Virus record (IMG/VR): IMGVR_UViG_3300027801_002517
Location: 1 to 64,000 of that record
From: a virus
DNA length: 64,000 nucleotides
Reading direction: 5' to 3' (one strand)
Positions within the stretch are counted from its first letter, which is position 1. Every line of letters starts with the position of its first letter. The translations under genes and the position numbers were made by a program. Of the stretch, positions 1-8,373 are shown piece after piece. The notes under the pieces were generated by a model, which did no database searches, was not told where the DNA came from, and saw only the letters and a list, made by a program, of their open reading frames with translations.

Positions 1-190
1 CTGGTAATTCTACGACCAGTGGAACGCTTAACACCAGTGGAAATGTATTCTCCAACAGCGATACCTACACCGCTGGTAATTCTACGACCAGTGGAACGCT
101 TAATACCAGTGGAAATGTATTCTCCAATAGCGATACCTATACCGTTGGTAATGCTACAACCAGTGGTATGTTTAATGCAAGTGGAAACTC
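1..190 (+). repeat. 72-bp tandem repeat (24-aa unit), 2 near-identical copies plus a diverged third
   Basis: ctggtaattctacgaccagtggaacgcttaa... starts at 1 and at 73, with a diverged copy from 145. Confidence 0.95.
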
Positions 191-2282
191 CACTTTTGAT
201 GGTAATATTACAGCTCAAAAGCAACTGTTTGTTACTGGAGATTCATACTTTATTGGTGCCACTACTACAAGTGGTAATCTAAATATCAGTGGTGTATCCA
301 TCTTTAATGAAGATGCATACTTTACAAGTAATGCTCCAGTTGTTATGAGTGGAACACTTGGCGTTTCCGGTGCGGCACAATTTGATAGTACTGTCGATGC
401 TTCTGGGGATGTCACACTTGGCAATGATCTTTGGGTAACTAATAATGCTACTGTTAGTGGTACATTAGGAGTCTCTGGTATTGTATCGTTTGATGATACA
501 TTACACTTTAGGAATAACGATATTAGAATTGGTGTTAATGCTGGATTAAATTATAGCGAACCAAGCGGAGGGGAAGGTTATCGGCCTATTAATATTGGTC
601 AGCTAGCTGGGCATTTGGGCAGTGGAAATAGTACAGTTAATGTTGGTAGCCAAGCTGGTACACAGGCGTCTGGTGAAGCCATGACCAATGTTGGTGTACG
701 AGCGGGTTATAGATCTATTGACTCTCTTCGCCTTTCGAACTATGGTAGTCATGCTGGTGCTCTGTCTTCCGGGTGTTGGTATTCTATCATGGGAGGTTAT
801 ACAGCCGGGTATGCTGCAGAGAATTGTGATTTTAGTACTTTTCTTGGTCCGTACGCTGGCTACTATGCCGGTGGATCAGGATTAGGGCAAGGTCTAAGTT
901 ACACACTGGCTGTTGGTAGTGGAGCTGGCTATCGAGCAAAAGGTAAGCACAATGTTATGGTTGGTGGAGATTGTGGTGCTTACTCTAGTGGCGTTGATAA
1001 TATCTTTATTGGTGTACGGGCGGGTTTTCACACCTCTGGTAATAACAATTTAGAGATTTCGACTTGTTGTGATACACTTTTACCTAGTGGCACTGTCACT
1101 TCTTATAAATTAAATATAAGTGAAACTATCGTTGGTGACATATCAACAAAACGCTTGGCTATTGGGAATGTAGATGCTACAAATCTTTCACCTAATGCTA
1201 CTTTAGAAATAGTCCCAAGTGGTACAGACGTGGCCTTGCTCGCTAGTGGTGATGTACATATTAGTGGTAATGTGTTGGTCGATGGTAACTTTACTTTGTT
1301 AAAATTCACCGATAACCATATTAGAATCGGCCAAGATGCTGGATCTAATTATACAGCAGTTACGTCTGTCTACCCACCTATTAATATTGGTAAGCGGGCT
1401 GGGTATTTTGGTAGTGGAATTAGTACAGTTAATGTTGGCAGCGAAGCTGGCACACAGGCGTCTGGTGAAGCCATGACCAATGTTGGTGTACGAGCGGGCT
1501 ATCGCTCTATTGACTCTCTTCGCCTTTCGACATATGGTAGTCATGCTGGTGCTCTGTCTTCTGGATGTACATATTCTCTTATGGGAGGCTACACAGCCGG
1601 ATATGCCTCAGAAAATTGTGATTTTAGTACTTTTCTTGGTCCATACGCCGGAAGTTATGCTGGTGGATCAGGATTAGGGCAAGGCTTAAGTTATACACTG
1701 GCTGTTGGTAGTGGAGCTGGCTATCGAGCAAAAGGTAAGCACAATGTTATGGTTGGTGGAGATTGTGGTGCCTTTTCCAGTGGTGTTGATAATATCTTCA
1801 TTGGTGTACGGGCGGGATATCATACCTCGGGTAATAACAATTTAGAGATTTCAACTTGTTGCGATACACTTATGCCTAGTGGAACCGTTACTTCTTATAA
1901 ATTAAATATAAGTGAAACTATCGTTGGTGACATATCAACAAAACGCTTGGCGATTGGTAATGTTAATGCTAGTCACCTTTCTCCAAATGCTACCTTAGAA
2001 GTCGTTCCAAATGGTGCAGATGTAGCGTTACTTGCTAGTGGTGATATAAGTGTTAGTGGCACAGCAACGCTCCACGGGGCATTAGAAACCTATAGTGGTG
2101 GATTACCAGTTAACACAATTATTAATTCTAGTGGTTTACTGACCATTCCGATATTCGCTTCCAAATCTGCAGTGGAAGCTGCCTTACCCGCTGCCCAGCA
2201 TAATAAGGGCGTAATAGCGGTTGGCGGTAACTACTTTATGGTATGTAATGGGACTGAATGGTTAGATGATGGTTTTAATTAA
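3..2282 (+). CDS. Tail fibre / virion fibre protein, 5'-truncated by the window edge
   Basis: The frame of ORF 168..2282 is open back to nt 3 (GNSTTSGTLNTSGNVFSNSDTYTA...). It has YadA-head-like G-x-x-A-G ~14-aa repeats, the LAIGNV...PNATLEI fibre motif and a C-terminal CNGTEW motif. Confidence 0.8.
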   Translation, partial: GNSTTSGTLNTSGNVFSNSDTYTAGNSTTSGTLNTSGNVFSNSDTYTVGNATTSGMFNASGNSTFDGNITAQKQLFVTGDSYFIGATTTSGNLNISGVSIFNEDAYFTSNAPVVMSGTLGVSGAAQFDSTVDASGDVTLGNDLWVTNNATVSGTLGVSGIVSFDDTLHFRNNDIRIGVNAGLNYSEPSGGEGYRPINIGQLAGHLGSGNSTVNVGSQAGTQASGEAMTNVGVRAGYRSIDSLRLSNYGSHAGALSSGCWYSIMGGYTAGYAAENCDFSTFLGPYAGYYAGGSGLGQGLSYTLAVGSGAGYRAKGKHNVMVGGDCGAYSSGVDNIFIGVRAGFHTSGNNNLEISTCCDTLLPSGTVTSYKLNISETIVGDISTKRLAIGNVDATNLSPNATLEIVPSGTDVALLASGDVHISGNVLVDGNFTLLKFTDNHIRIGQDAGSNYTAVTSVYPPINIGKRAGYFGSGISTVNVGSEAGTQASGEAMTNVGVRAGYRSIDSLRLSTYGSHAGALSSGCTYSLMGGYTAGYASENCDFSTFLGPYAGSYAGGSGLGQGLSYTLAVGSGAGYRAKGKHNVMVGGDCGAFSSGVDNIFIGVRAGYHTSGNNNLEISTCCDTLMPSGTVTSYKLNISETIVGDISTKRLAIGNVNASHLSPNATLEVVPNGADVALLASGDISVSGTATLHGALETYSGGLPVNTIINSSGLLTIPIFASKSAVEAALPAAQHNKGVIAVGGNYFMVCNGTEWLDDGFN
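513..2060 (+). repeat. Intragenic direct duplication, offset 792 bp (264 aa): ~513-1268 and ~1311-2060
   Basis: cctattaatattggt at 585 and 1377; gctagtggtgat at 1242 and 2034; identical runs at 903-979/1695-1771 and 1098-1159/1890-1951. Confidence 0.97.
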
Positions 2283-2398
2283 GATGGTCGCGGTAGTGAA
2301 CACGAAATCGCATTTACTTAGGATAGAAGATATGGAAGGAAATACAATGTCCAATAAAAAACTAAAGATAAGTAATTACTCTAATTGGAGAGATATAA

Positions 2399-2599
2399 AT
2401 GTCTGATGTAATGAAAGGTGCTCATTCTACTGAGATAAATATAAAGAATGGATCTATTATAGTTTCAACACCTGCAACTGGTAAGGTAGAAAAAAGAGAT
2501 CCTGATTTAAATAAATTTACTCCTTCTGGAACTTTTATCAGTAGATTAGAGACACGATTAGATGAACATTATGGTGGTCTTGCTAGTGGTCTTCCTTAA
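2399..2599 (+). CDS. Small hypothetical virion protein
   Basis: GGAGA SD upstream; lies in the structural operon. Confidence 0.7.
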   Translation: MSDVMKGAHSTEINIKNGSIIVSTPATGKVEKRDPDLNKFTPSGTFISRLETRLDEHYGGLASGLP

Positions 2600-2610
2600 G
2601 GATAAATATA

Positions 2611-3093
2611 ATGCCAGTTACTATTCCAGAAAGTGTTTTTACTAAATACTATGATGTAATAGATTCTACATTTACTATTTTTGGCGTAACATGTCAATTG
2701 GTTTATATAGAAAAGGTAGAAGAAATATCTACTACCTATGATAATGTGCCAAGTAATAGGTCAATAAATCCCCATAGGAGAAATGGTCCTTCTCAATATA
2801 AAAGACAAAATAAAGTAATAAAAGAAGTAGAGAAACTTGAAGATATTAATCTCAAAGTATATTGGGATAGCAAGAGTTGGATCAAAGTAGGTGGAGACAT
2901 TGTAACACCTGAAAATGGTATACAAACAATTTTCTTTGCTACAGATTTAGACAAGATAAAAAAATCTAAAGAGCTTATCGTTCACAAGGGAATTAAAGAT
3001 TCTCAAGAAATGAGATTTAAAAGAGCGGGTGAACCGTTTCCAATGGGTTTAAGAAAAAATAGATACTTTGGGTGTTTTTGGGATAGATCATAA
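2611..3093 (+). CDS. Putative head-closure / head-tail joining protein
   Basis: Size, beta-rich composition and position ahead of neck, terminator and tube genes; AGGA SD. Confidence 0.55.
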   Translation: MPVTIPESVFTKYYDVIDSTFTIFGVTCQLVYIEKVEEISTTYDNVPSNRSINPHRRNGPSQYKRQNKVIKEVEKLEDINLKVYWDSKSWIKVGGDIVTPENGIQTIFFATDLDKIKKSKELIVHKGIKDSQEMRFKRAGEPFPMGLRKNRYFGCFWDRS

Positions 3094-3728
3094 TGCTAAG
3101 TATTAAGTTATTAGAGAGTGATAATGATATCATCAAAAAAATTAATACATCTATTGCTCGTAGGTGTAATTTATTAATTAAAAGAAGGGCAAAAATCGTT
3201 CAGAATGATATTAAAAGGGTCATTCCTTCTTGGATTTTAGAACAGCCAGAAATAATTAGTTTAAATGCTGATGGCGTGAATGGTTCTTTAAATGCACAAT
3301 TTGGTTTACTACCTGGTCAATCTTCAATAGTTATATCTGATATTATCAATGCTATTTCAGCATCTATATCTGTCAGTATTACTCCTGTCTCTCCAGTAAA
3401 TCTTTCTGGTGGGATATCTTTTTCTATTCAGCCTACGGATTTCAAGAATCTCATATCATTATCATCTGGTATAGTTGTAACTGAAAAACTACAACAACTT
3501 CACTGGTTAGATTGGTTATTGACCGAAGGGGACAAGGTTATTATAACTGGTTATCAGTATGTTCCCAGTGATGGTGGTAGGTCAGACGGAGGAACTATGA
3601 AACTGGGTCGTTCTTTTAGAGTAGAACCAAGTTATTCTGGAACAGTAGATGATAATTTTGTTACAAGGGCATTTGCTGGTAGGCAGAAACAATTAACTAC
3701 TTTATTAAGTAAGTTACTTAAGGCATAA
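3093..3728 (+). CDS. Putative neck / tail-completion protein
   Basis: Position; C-terminal SGTxDDNFVTRA motif resembles HK97-gp10-like neck proteins; TAATG-coupled to the previous gene. Confidence 0.5.
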   Translation: MLSIKLLESDNDIIKKINTSIARRCNLLIKRRAKIVQNDIKRVIPSWILEQPEIISLNADGVNGSLNAQFGLLPGQSSIVISDIINAISASISVSITPVSPVNLSGGISFSIQPTDFKNLISLSSGIVVTEKLQQLHWLDWLLTEGDKVIITGYQYVPSDGGRSDGGTMKLGRSFRVEPSYSGTVDDNFVTRAFAGRQKQLTTLLSKLLKA

Positions 3729-3729
3729 A

Positions 3730-4722
3730 ATGAGTCAGTATTTTCAAGAATTAAAAGGCTTTAATAGTGTATTCGATTCCACTCTAAATAATGATATTTT
3801 AGATGGAATAGTTGAATATTTTGATTGGGCTTTATTAGAAAAAGGTAACTACTTTAATACAACATCTGGTGAGTTATCACCTAATGGCAATGATTATAGT
3901 TTATTAAGACTTTCCTCAAATGAGCATTATGTGACTGGTCAAGCTTGGGAGGGATTCAGAAAAAATTGGGTTTGGCAGAGTGGTATAAGTTATTCTCCAA
4001 GTCCTTTAGTTGGTAATAATAATGATAAACCAGGTATTTCTGGTGTTTATGTTGATGGTGCCTTTAAAACTTCAGATATTACAGGTGAATATGCTCATCA
4101 TGTCGATCATTTTAATGGTAGGGTTATTTTTGACACAGCAATTCCCACAGGATCTACTGTACAAGTGGAACACAGTTATAAATGGATTAATGTAGCCTAT
4201 GCTGCTAATATACCTTGGTTAAGAGAAATACAAAAAGACACTTTAGAACCTGATGACACATTTAAGAATACTAATGATGGATCTTGGGATTTACCTCCTG
4301 AAATGAGAATGCAATTACCATCAATTGCTGTGGAGTTAGTTCCTCGTAGAACATTTAAAGGATATGGATTAGGTGGTGGACAATTCGTCTATACGGATAT
4401 TATTTTTCATTGTTTAGCGGAAGATTCTATCACAAGAAACAAATTAGTGGATATTGTATCATTACAGAGTGATAAAACAATTCATTTAATAGATACAAAT
4501 GCTATAAACTTAGCCTCCAGTCATCCTGATTCTGGATTTCCACTTGATTATCGAGGTGTTCCAATTTCTGGTGCATTGAGATATCCAGATTTAGTGTCAA
4601 CATATCCAGGTGGTAAAATGAGATTTTCTAATGTGAGAGTTCAAGAAATTAATACTTTTGGTAGTAATATTTATGGTGGTATAGTTAGAGTTACCACAGA
4701 GGGTGTTAAAACTAATATATAG
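3730..4722 (+). CDS. Putative tail terminator protein with inserted beta domain
   Basis: Immediately upstream of the tube gene; LPSIAVE...GLGGG...DIIFHCLAEDSITRNKLVDI resembles terminator folds; the insert contains VDHFNGRVIF. Confidence 0.55.
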   Translation: MSQYFQELKGFNSVFDSTLNNDILDGIVEYFDWALLEKGNYFNTTSGELSPNGNDYSLLRLSSNEHYVTGQAWEGFRKNWVWQSGISYSPSPLVGNNNDKPGISGVYVDGAFKTSDITGEYAHHVDHFNGRVIFDTAIPTGSTVQVEHSYKWINVAYAANIPWLREIQKDTLEPDDTFKNTNDGSWDLPPEMRMQLPSIAVELVPRRTFKGYGLGGGQFVYTDIIFHCLAEDSITRNKLVDIVSLQSDKTIHLIDTNAINLASSHPDSGFPLDYRGVPISGALRYPDLVSTYPGGKMRFSNVRVQEINTFGSNIYGGIVRVTTEGVKTNI

Positions 4723-4740
4723 CATTTTTAGTGTATAAAT
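4723..4740 (+). promoter_or_regulatory. Putative late promoter CATTTTnnGTGTATAA upstream of tail tube gene
   Basis: cattttta-gtgtataaat; the same motif occurs upstream of 41580; followed by AAAGGAGA SD. Confidence 0.55.
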
Positions 4741-4778
4741 TAATAACAAGATCTTTTTTCTTAAAGGAGAGATTATAA

Positions 4779-5930
4779 ATGTCTAGTAACAATAGAATAT
4801 TCTACGCTTGCCAAGGTGTAGCCATTAGTAATATTGGTGACAGTGGAAACTACGAAACAGGTATTGGTGCCGCTAGTATGGTACATGGTGTACAAAGTGT
4901 ATCTATGACCACCACTTTTAATCCTGAACAAGCATTTGAACTTGGTCAAATTGAAATTTATGAAAACATCGAAGGTACTCCAGATATTGAAGTATCTATT
5001 GAAAAAGCTATTGATGGCTATCCTTTAGTATATCATATGGCAACCACTGGCGTTTCAGGGGGTTCAGCAGCGAACTCTGGTCTTACAAACAGATCTAAAC
5101 AACAGTGCGATTTAAGATTGGGTATTTTTGATGAAGGTTCTAACAATATTGGTTCAGCAACTGATAATGATGGTAGAGCAGAAGTAGAAGTTTATTGTTC
5201 TGGTATGTTTGTTGGTAGTGTGGGCTATACAATTCCAGTTGATGGATTTGCTACTGAGTCTGTTAGTCTTGTTGGTAATAACAAGCAGTGGTTAACTGGT
5301 AATAATGTTTGCATCAGCGGAGGTGCCAATGAATTTGATGGAAGTGATTCGCCTCTGGCTTTAGGTGTTCCTGGAGCACCATCTGGTGGTATCCAAAGAC
5401 GTGAAGATGTCATGATGAATAAATCTATCTTTCCAGTATCTGTTAGGGGTGTAGCTGGCTCTGGCGTTGGTAATGGACAGGTTGCTGTATCAGCAGGTCA
5501 AGTAGCGGGCGATAGTGGAAATGCTATTCATGTCCAGAATGTCTCCATTAATACAGACTTCTCACGAGAAGATATCTTCGAACTTGGTAAGAAGACTCCT
5601 TTCTATCGTCCTGCTGGTTTCCCAATCGAAGTAACATGTGAAATCGAAGCTATTACAGCATCTGGTGACTTTGTGTTTGCTTATGAAAATGGCGATCCGG
5701 CATTGGATGGTACTGTATCTTCTGGTAACAATACCCAAGAAGAAAATATCTTTATCGAATTACGAGGTGGACATGCATTTGACTTAGGTGCTAAAAACCG
5801 TTTGACAAGTGTTTCATATGGGGGAGGCGATGCTACTGGAGGCAATGTAAGTACATCGTATAGTTATACTAACTTCAATGATTTAGATGTACAGTTCCAC
5901 GGTGATTATATTGGATTTAATCAAATTTAA
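4779..5930 (+). CDS. Major tail (tube) protein
   Basis: Strong SD and own promoter-like motif; two internal pseudo-repeats (VQSVSMTTTFNPEQAFELGQ / VQNVSINTDFSREDIFELGK) typical of tube folds; position before chaperones and TMP. Confidence 0.75.
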   Translation: MSSNNRIFYACQGVAISNIGDSGNYETGIGAASMVHGVQSVSMTTTFNPEQAFELGQIEIYENIEGTPDIEVSIEKAIDGYPLVYHMATTGVSGGSAANSGLTNRSKQQCDLRLGIFDEGSNNIGSATDNDGRAEVEVYCSGMFVGSVGYTIPVDGFATESVSLVGNNKQWLTGNNVCISGGANEFDGSDSPLALGVPGAPSGGIQRREDVMMNKSIFPVSVRGVAGSGVGNGQVAVSAGQVAGDSGNAIHVQNVSINTDFSREDIFELGKKTPFYRPAGFPIEVTCEIEAITASGDFVFAYENGDPALDGTVSSGNNTQEENIFIELRGGHAFDLGAKNRLTSVSYGGGDATGGNVSTSYSYTNFNDLDVQFHGDYIGFNQI

Positions 5931-5933
5931 TAA

Positions 5934-6042
5934 TGGTAGGCTTTTACTACCAAGGAATAACACAACGACTTGCGATAGCTAATTTTGGATAGGAGCAAGT
6001 GTGTCGTTAGTGTAGGAAGGATTTATTATGATATGTTACACT
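5934..6042 (+). promoter_or_regulatory. Structured intergenic RNA element downstream of tube gene
   Basis: Hairpin tggtag/ctacca (5934-5952) and long stem acac-aacgac...gtcgtt-a-gtgt (5960-6013) with inner ttgc/gcaa. Confidence 0.45.
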
Positions 6043-6061
6043 CCCGCTATGAGGTTTCGCT

Positions 6062-7102
6062 ATGAAGCAGCATGAGCGGGAGTTTTTTGTATATAGGATT
6101 AGATCTGGTAAACATTTTATAGATTGTCAGAATTTTAAACTCAAAGTCGTTACACCAACAATCGATGAGCAGTTTGAAGCTGAAGATCTGTATGTTAGAT
6201 CCTTAAGTAAATCATTAGCGGATGGTATTAAAACTTCTGATCAAATGATAGAATGGATGATGGAAAGGGATTTGTGGACTGAGGCAGATGAAGAAAAATT
6301 ATCTGGACTAAAAAAAGATGTCGAAAAACTAAAGATAGAAATTTATAATCATAGAAATCAAGAAGGCCCAAGGGAAAAAATTAGGCAATATTTAAGGGCT
6401 GGTGAACAACAAATCGGTGAACATGCCAGTAAGAAGTTTTCACATCAAGATATTACTTGTGAGGGTATTGCCTTCTTGGAAAAGGCATTATTCTTAATAA
6501 AAGGATGTACCTTTCTTGGCTCAGATTCATATGATTTTTCTCATATATCCACTAGGGATGTATGGTTACGTTATCAAAATTTAGTATGTTCAGAAAGTAC
6601 TATTAGGGAGCTTGCAAGAGAAGATCCTTGGCGGTCATTTTGGATGTTAAAAGACTGTAATACATTTAATTTATTCGCTAATAAAGACAGGGAATTATCT
6701 ACAGATCAAAAAAACTTATTGGCATGGTCACGTATGTATGACAATATTTATGAATCGCCCGATGCTCCTGGTGAAGATGTTATTAATGATGATGATATAT
6801 TAGATGGTTGGACTATAACACAAAAGAAGAAACGAGAACGAGAAAGAGCACAAGCTGAACTGGAGAGTAGAATGAGTGATAAAGCACAAGGTGCTGGAGA
6901 AATCTTTTTAATGGCTGGATCGAATAACGATGCGGAACGCATTGAAAGTATGAATGATATAAACGCTACAATGACGAAAAAAGAAAGATTACATACTATT
7001 CGAAAATCTGACGGTCCATTGAATCAACAAGATTTTCCAGACGAACAATTGAAGATGAGAAATCAACTGAATCAACAATACAAGGATAAGTTTAGGAGAT
7101 AA
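6062..7102 (+). CDS. Putative tail assembly chaperone (helical)
   Basis: Between tube and TMP genes; charged helical protein; paralogous segment shared with 7465..8337. Confidence 0.5.
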   Translation: MKQHEREFFVYRIRSGKHFIDCQNFKLKVVTPTIDEQFEAEDLYVRSLSKSLADGIKTSDQMIEWMMERDLWTEADEEKLSGLKKDVEKLKIEIYNHRNQEGPREKIRQYLRAGEQQIGEHASKKFSHQDITCEGIAFLEKALFLIKGCTFLGSDSYDFSHISTRDVWLRYQNLVCSESTIRELAREDPWRSFWMLKDCNTFNLFANKDRELSTDQKNLLAWSRMYDNIYESPDAPGEDVINDDDILDGWTITQKKKRERERAQAELESRMSDKAQGAGEIFLMAGSNNDAERIESMNDINATMTKKERLHTIRKSDGPLNQQDFPDEQLKMRNQLNQQYKDKFRR

Positions 7103-7104
7103 AT

Positions 7105-7452
7105 ATGGATCAATATGACAAGTTAATCAAACAGCAGAGCGAGTATAAGAAAACCAGGGAAGACAACTATAAATTTAATTCAAAGGAAAGGTTATCAAAG
7201 ATTTTAAAGAAAAAGGTGGAAACCACTATGATTGGTGCTTTGAGTTCTGTTGAGGAGCATTTTTCATTTTTATGGGAGTCTGACGGGGATTTATCAGAAC
7301 AGCAACAGACTATGTATGATACTTACCAGCAGGTTAGGTCTGAGATATTAGACAAAGGAAATACTCAGGCTAGAAATGTAGATGCTGAACTAAATCAGTA
7401 TGATGTAACTTGGTTGAAATATCAAGTGAATATACCAGTTAAGTCTAATTAA
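7105..7452 (+). CDS. Hypothetical protein (tail assembly region)
   Basis: AGGAG SD; helical, charged. Confidence 0.7.
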   Translation: MDQYDKLIKQQSEYKKTREDNYKFNSKERLSKILKKKVETTMIGALSSVEEHFSFLWESDGDLSEQQQTMYDTYQQVRSEILDKGNTQARNVDAELNQYDVTWLKYQVNIPVKSN

Positions 7453-7464
7453 GGAAGGAATATT

Positions 7465-8337
7465 ATGTCTAGAGAATTAATCAAAGTGCCGCTCGTGGAA
7501 GAGGATGGAACAGAGAAGGAAGTTAATATTTTCATTAAAAATCCCTCTAATGAAATTATCTCTATGTCTGAAAGATATCGTGCTAAGGTATTTAATCAAT
7601 GCCTAATAGACGGTATTCTAACAAAGACTGAACTCCATAAAATGATGAATGATAGGGGTTTATGGTCTAAAGACAAGGATAAGCAATATGATGAATTAAC
7701 CCAGCAAATTATCGCCCTTGAGAAGGATTTATATTTAGGAAATGGTAAGCAAAAAATCAGAGATCTTGATGATGGTAGATCTATTGCTATCCAAATCAGG
7801 CAATTAAGACTAAAGCTAAAAGACCTAATTGCACAGAAAATTCAACTTGAGGAGAATACTGCTGAGTCAATTGGCGATAATGCAAAATTTGATTACTTAG
7901 TAGCATTCTGTACGCACTACGAAAATGGAGAAAAAGTGTATAAAAATATTGATGCTTATAATCTAAAATCTTCAGATAGTATCTCATTTATGGCTGCTGC
8001 TAAATTGGCAGAGATGATGTATAATTTAGACACTAGTTATGAAAAGGATTTGCCAGAAAACAGATGGTTAACTGATCATGAGTTAGCAAATGAATCTTTA
8101 AGCTTGGTTGGTGAAGAAGGTGAATTGGTTGACATTGATGGTCGAAAAATAGATGAAGATGGTAAATATATTAATGATAAAGGTGAATGGGTAGATAAAG
8201 AAGGTAACCGATTAAGTGACGATGGTTTATACATTTCTAATATACAGTATAAATCCAAGACTAAACCAAAGGCTAAGAAGAAAACTACCGCGACAAGATC
8301 TAGTAAAAGTATAGTAAAATCAGATAGTAATACATAG
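7465..8337 (+). CDS. Putative tail assembly chaperone (helical)
   Basis: AGGAAGGA SD; directly before TMP; similar to 6062..7102; C-terminal D/E-x-x-G repeats and basic tail. Confidence 0.5.
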   Translation: MSRELIKVPLVEEDGTEKEVNIFIKNPSNEIISMSERYRAKVFNQCLIDGILTKTELHKMMNDRGLWSKDKDKQYDELTQQIIALEKDLYLGNGKQKIRDLDDGRSIAIQIRQLRLKLKDLIAQKIQLEENTAESIGDNAKFDYLVAFCTHYENGEKVYKNIDAYNLKSSDSISFMAAAKLAEMMYNLDTSYEKDLPENRWLTDHELANESLSLVGEEGELVDIDGRKIDEDGKYINDKGEWVDKEGNRLSDDGLYISNIQYKSKTKPKAKKKTTATRSSKSIVKSDSNT

Positions 8338-8373
8338 GTCTTGGCTTAAACTATTTAGAAAGACTTTAAGTCA

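Noticed and set aside
1-190. CRISPR-like repeat at the window start
   Set aside because: Contiguous 72-bp coding tandem repeat with no unique spacers.
513-2060. Diversity-generating retroelement TR/VR pair
   Set aside because: Both copies are in frame in one gene, differences are mostly synonymous and not adenine-specific, and no reverse transcriptase is in the window.
2347-2406. 19-aa mini-ORF (MSNKKLKISNYSNWRDINV) with SD-like AAGGA
   Set aside because: Too short to support; may be a gene relic or chance.
6062-8373. Programmed -1 frameshift of tail chaperones
   Set aside because: Each ORF has its own SD and start, and I saw no convincing slippery heptamer near the ORF ends.
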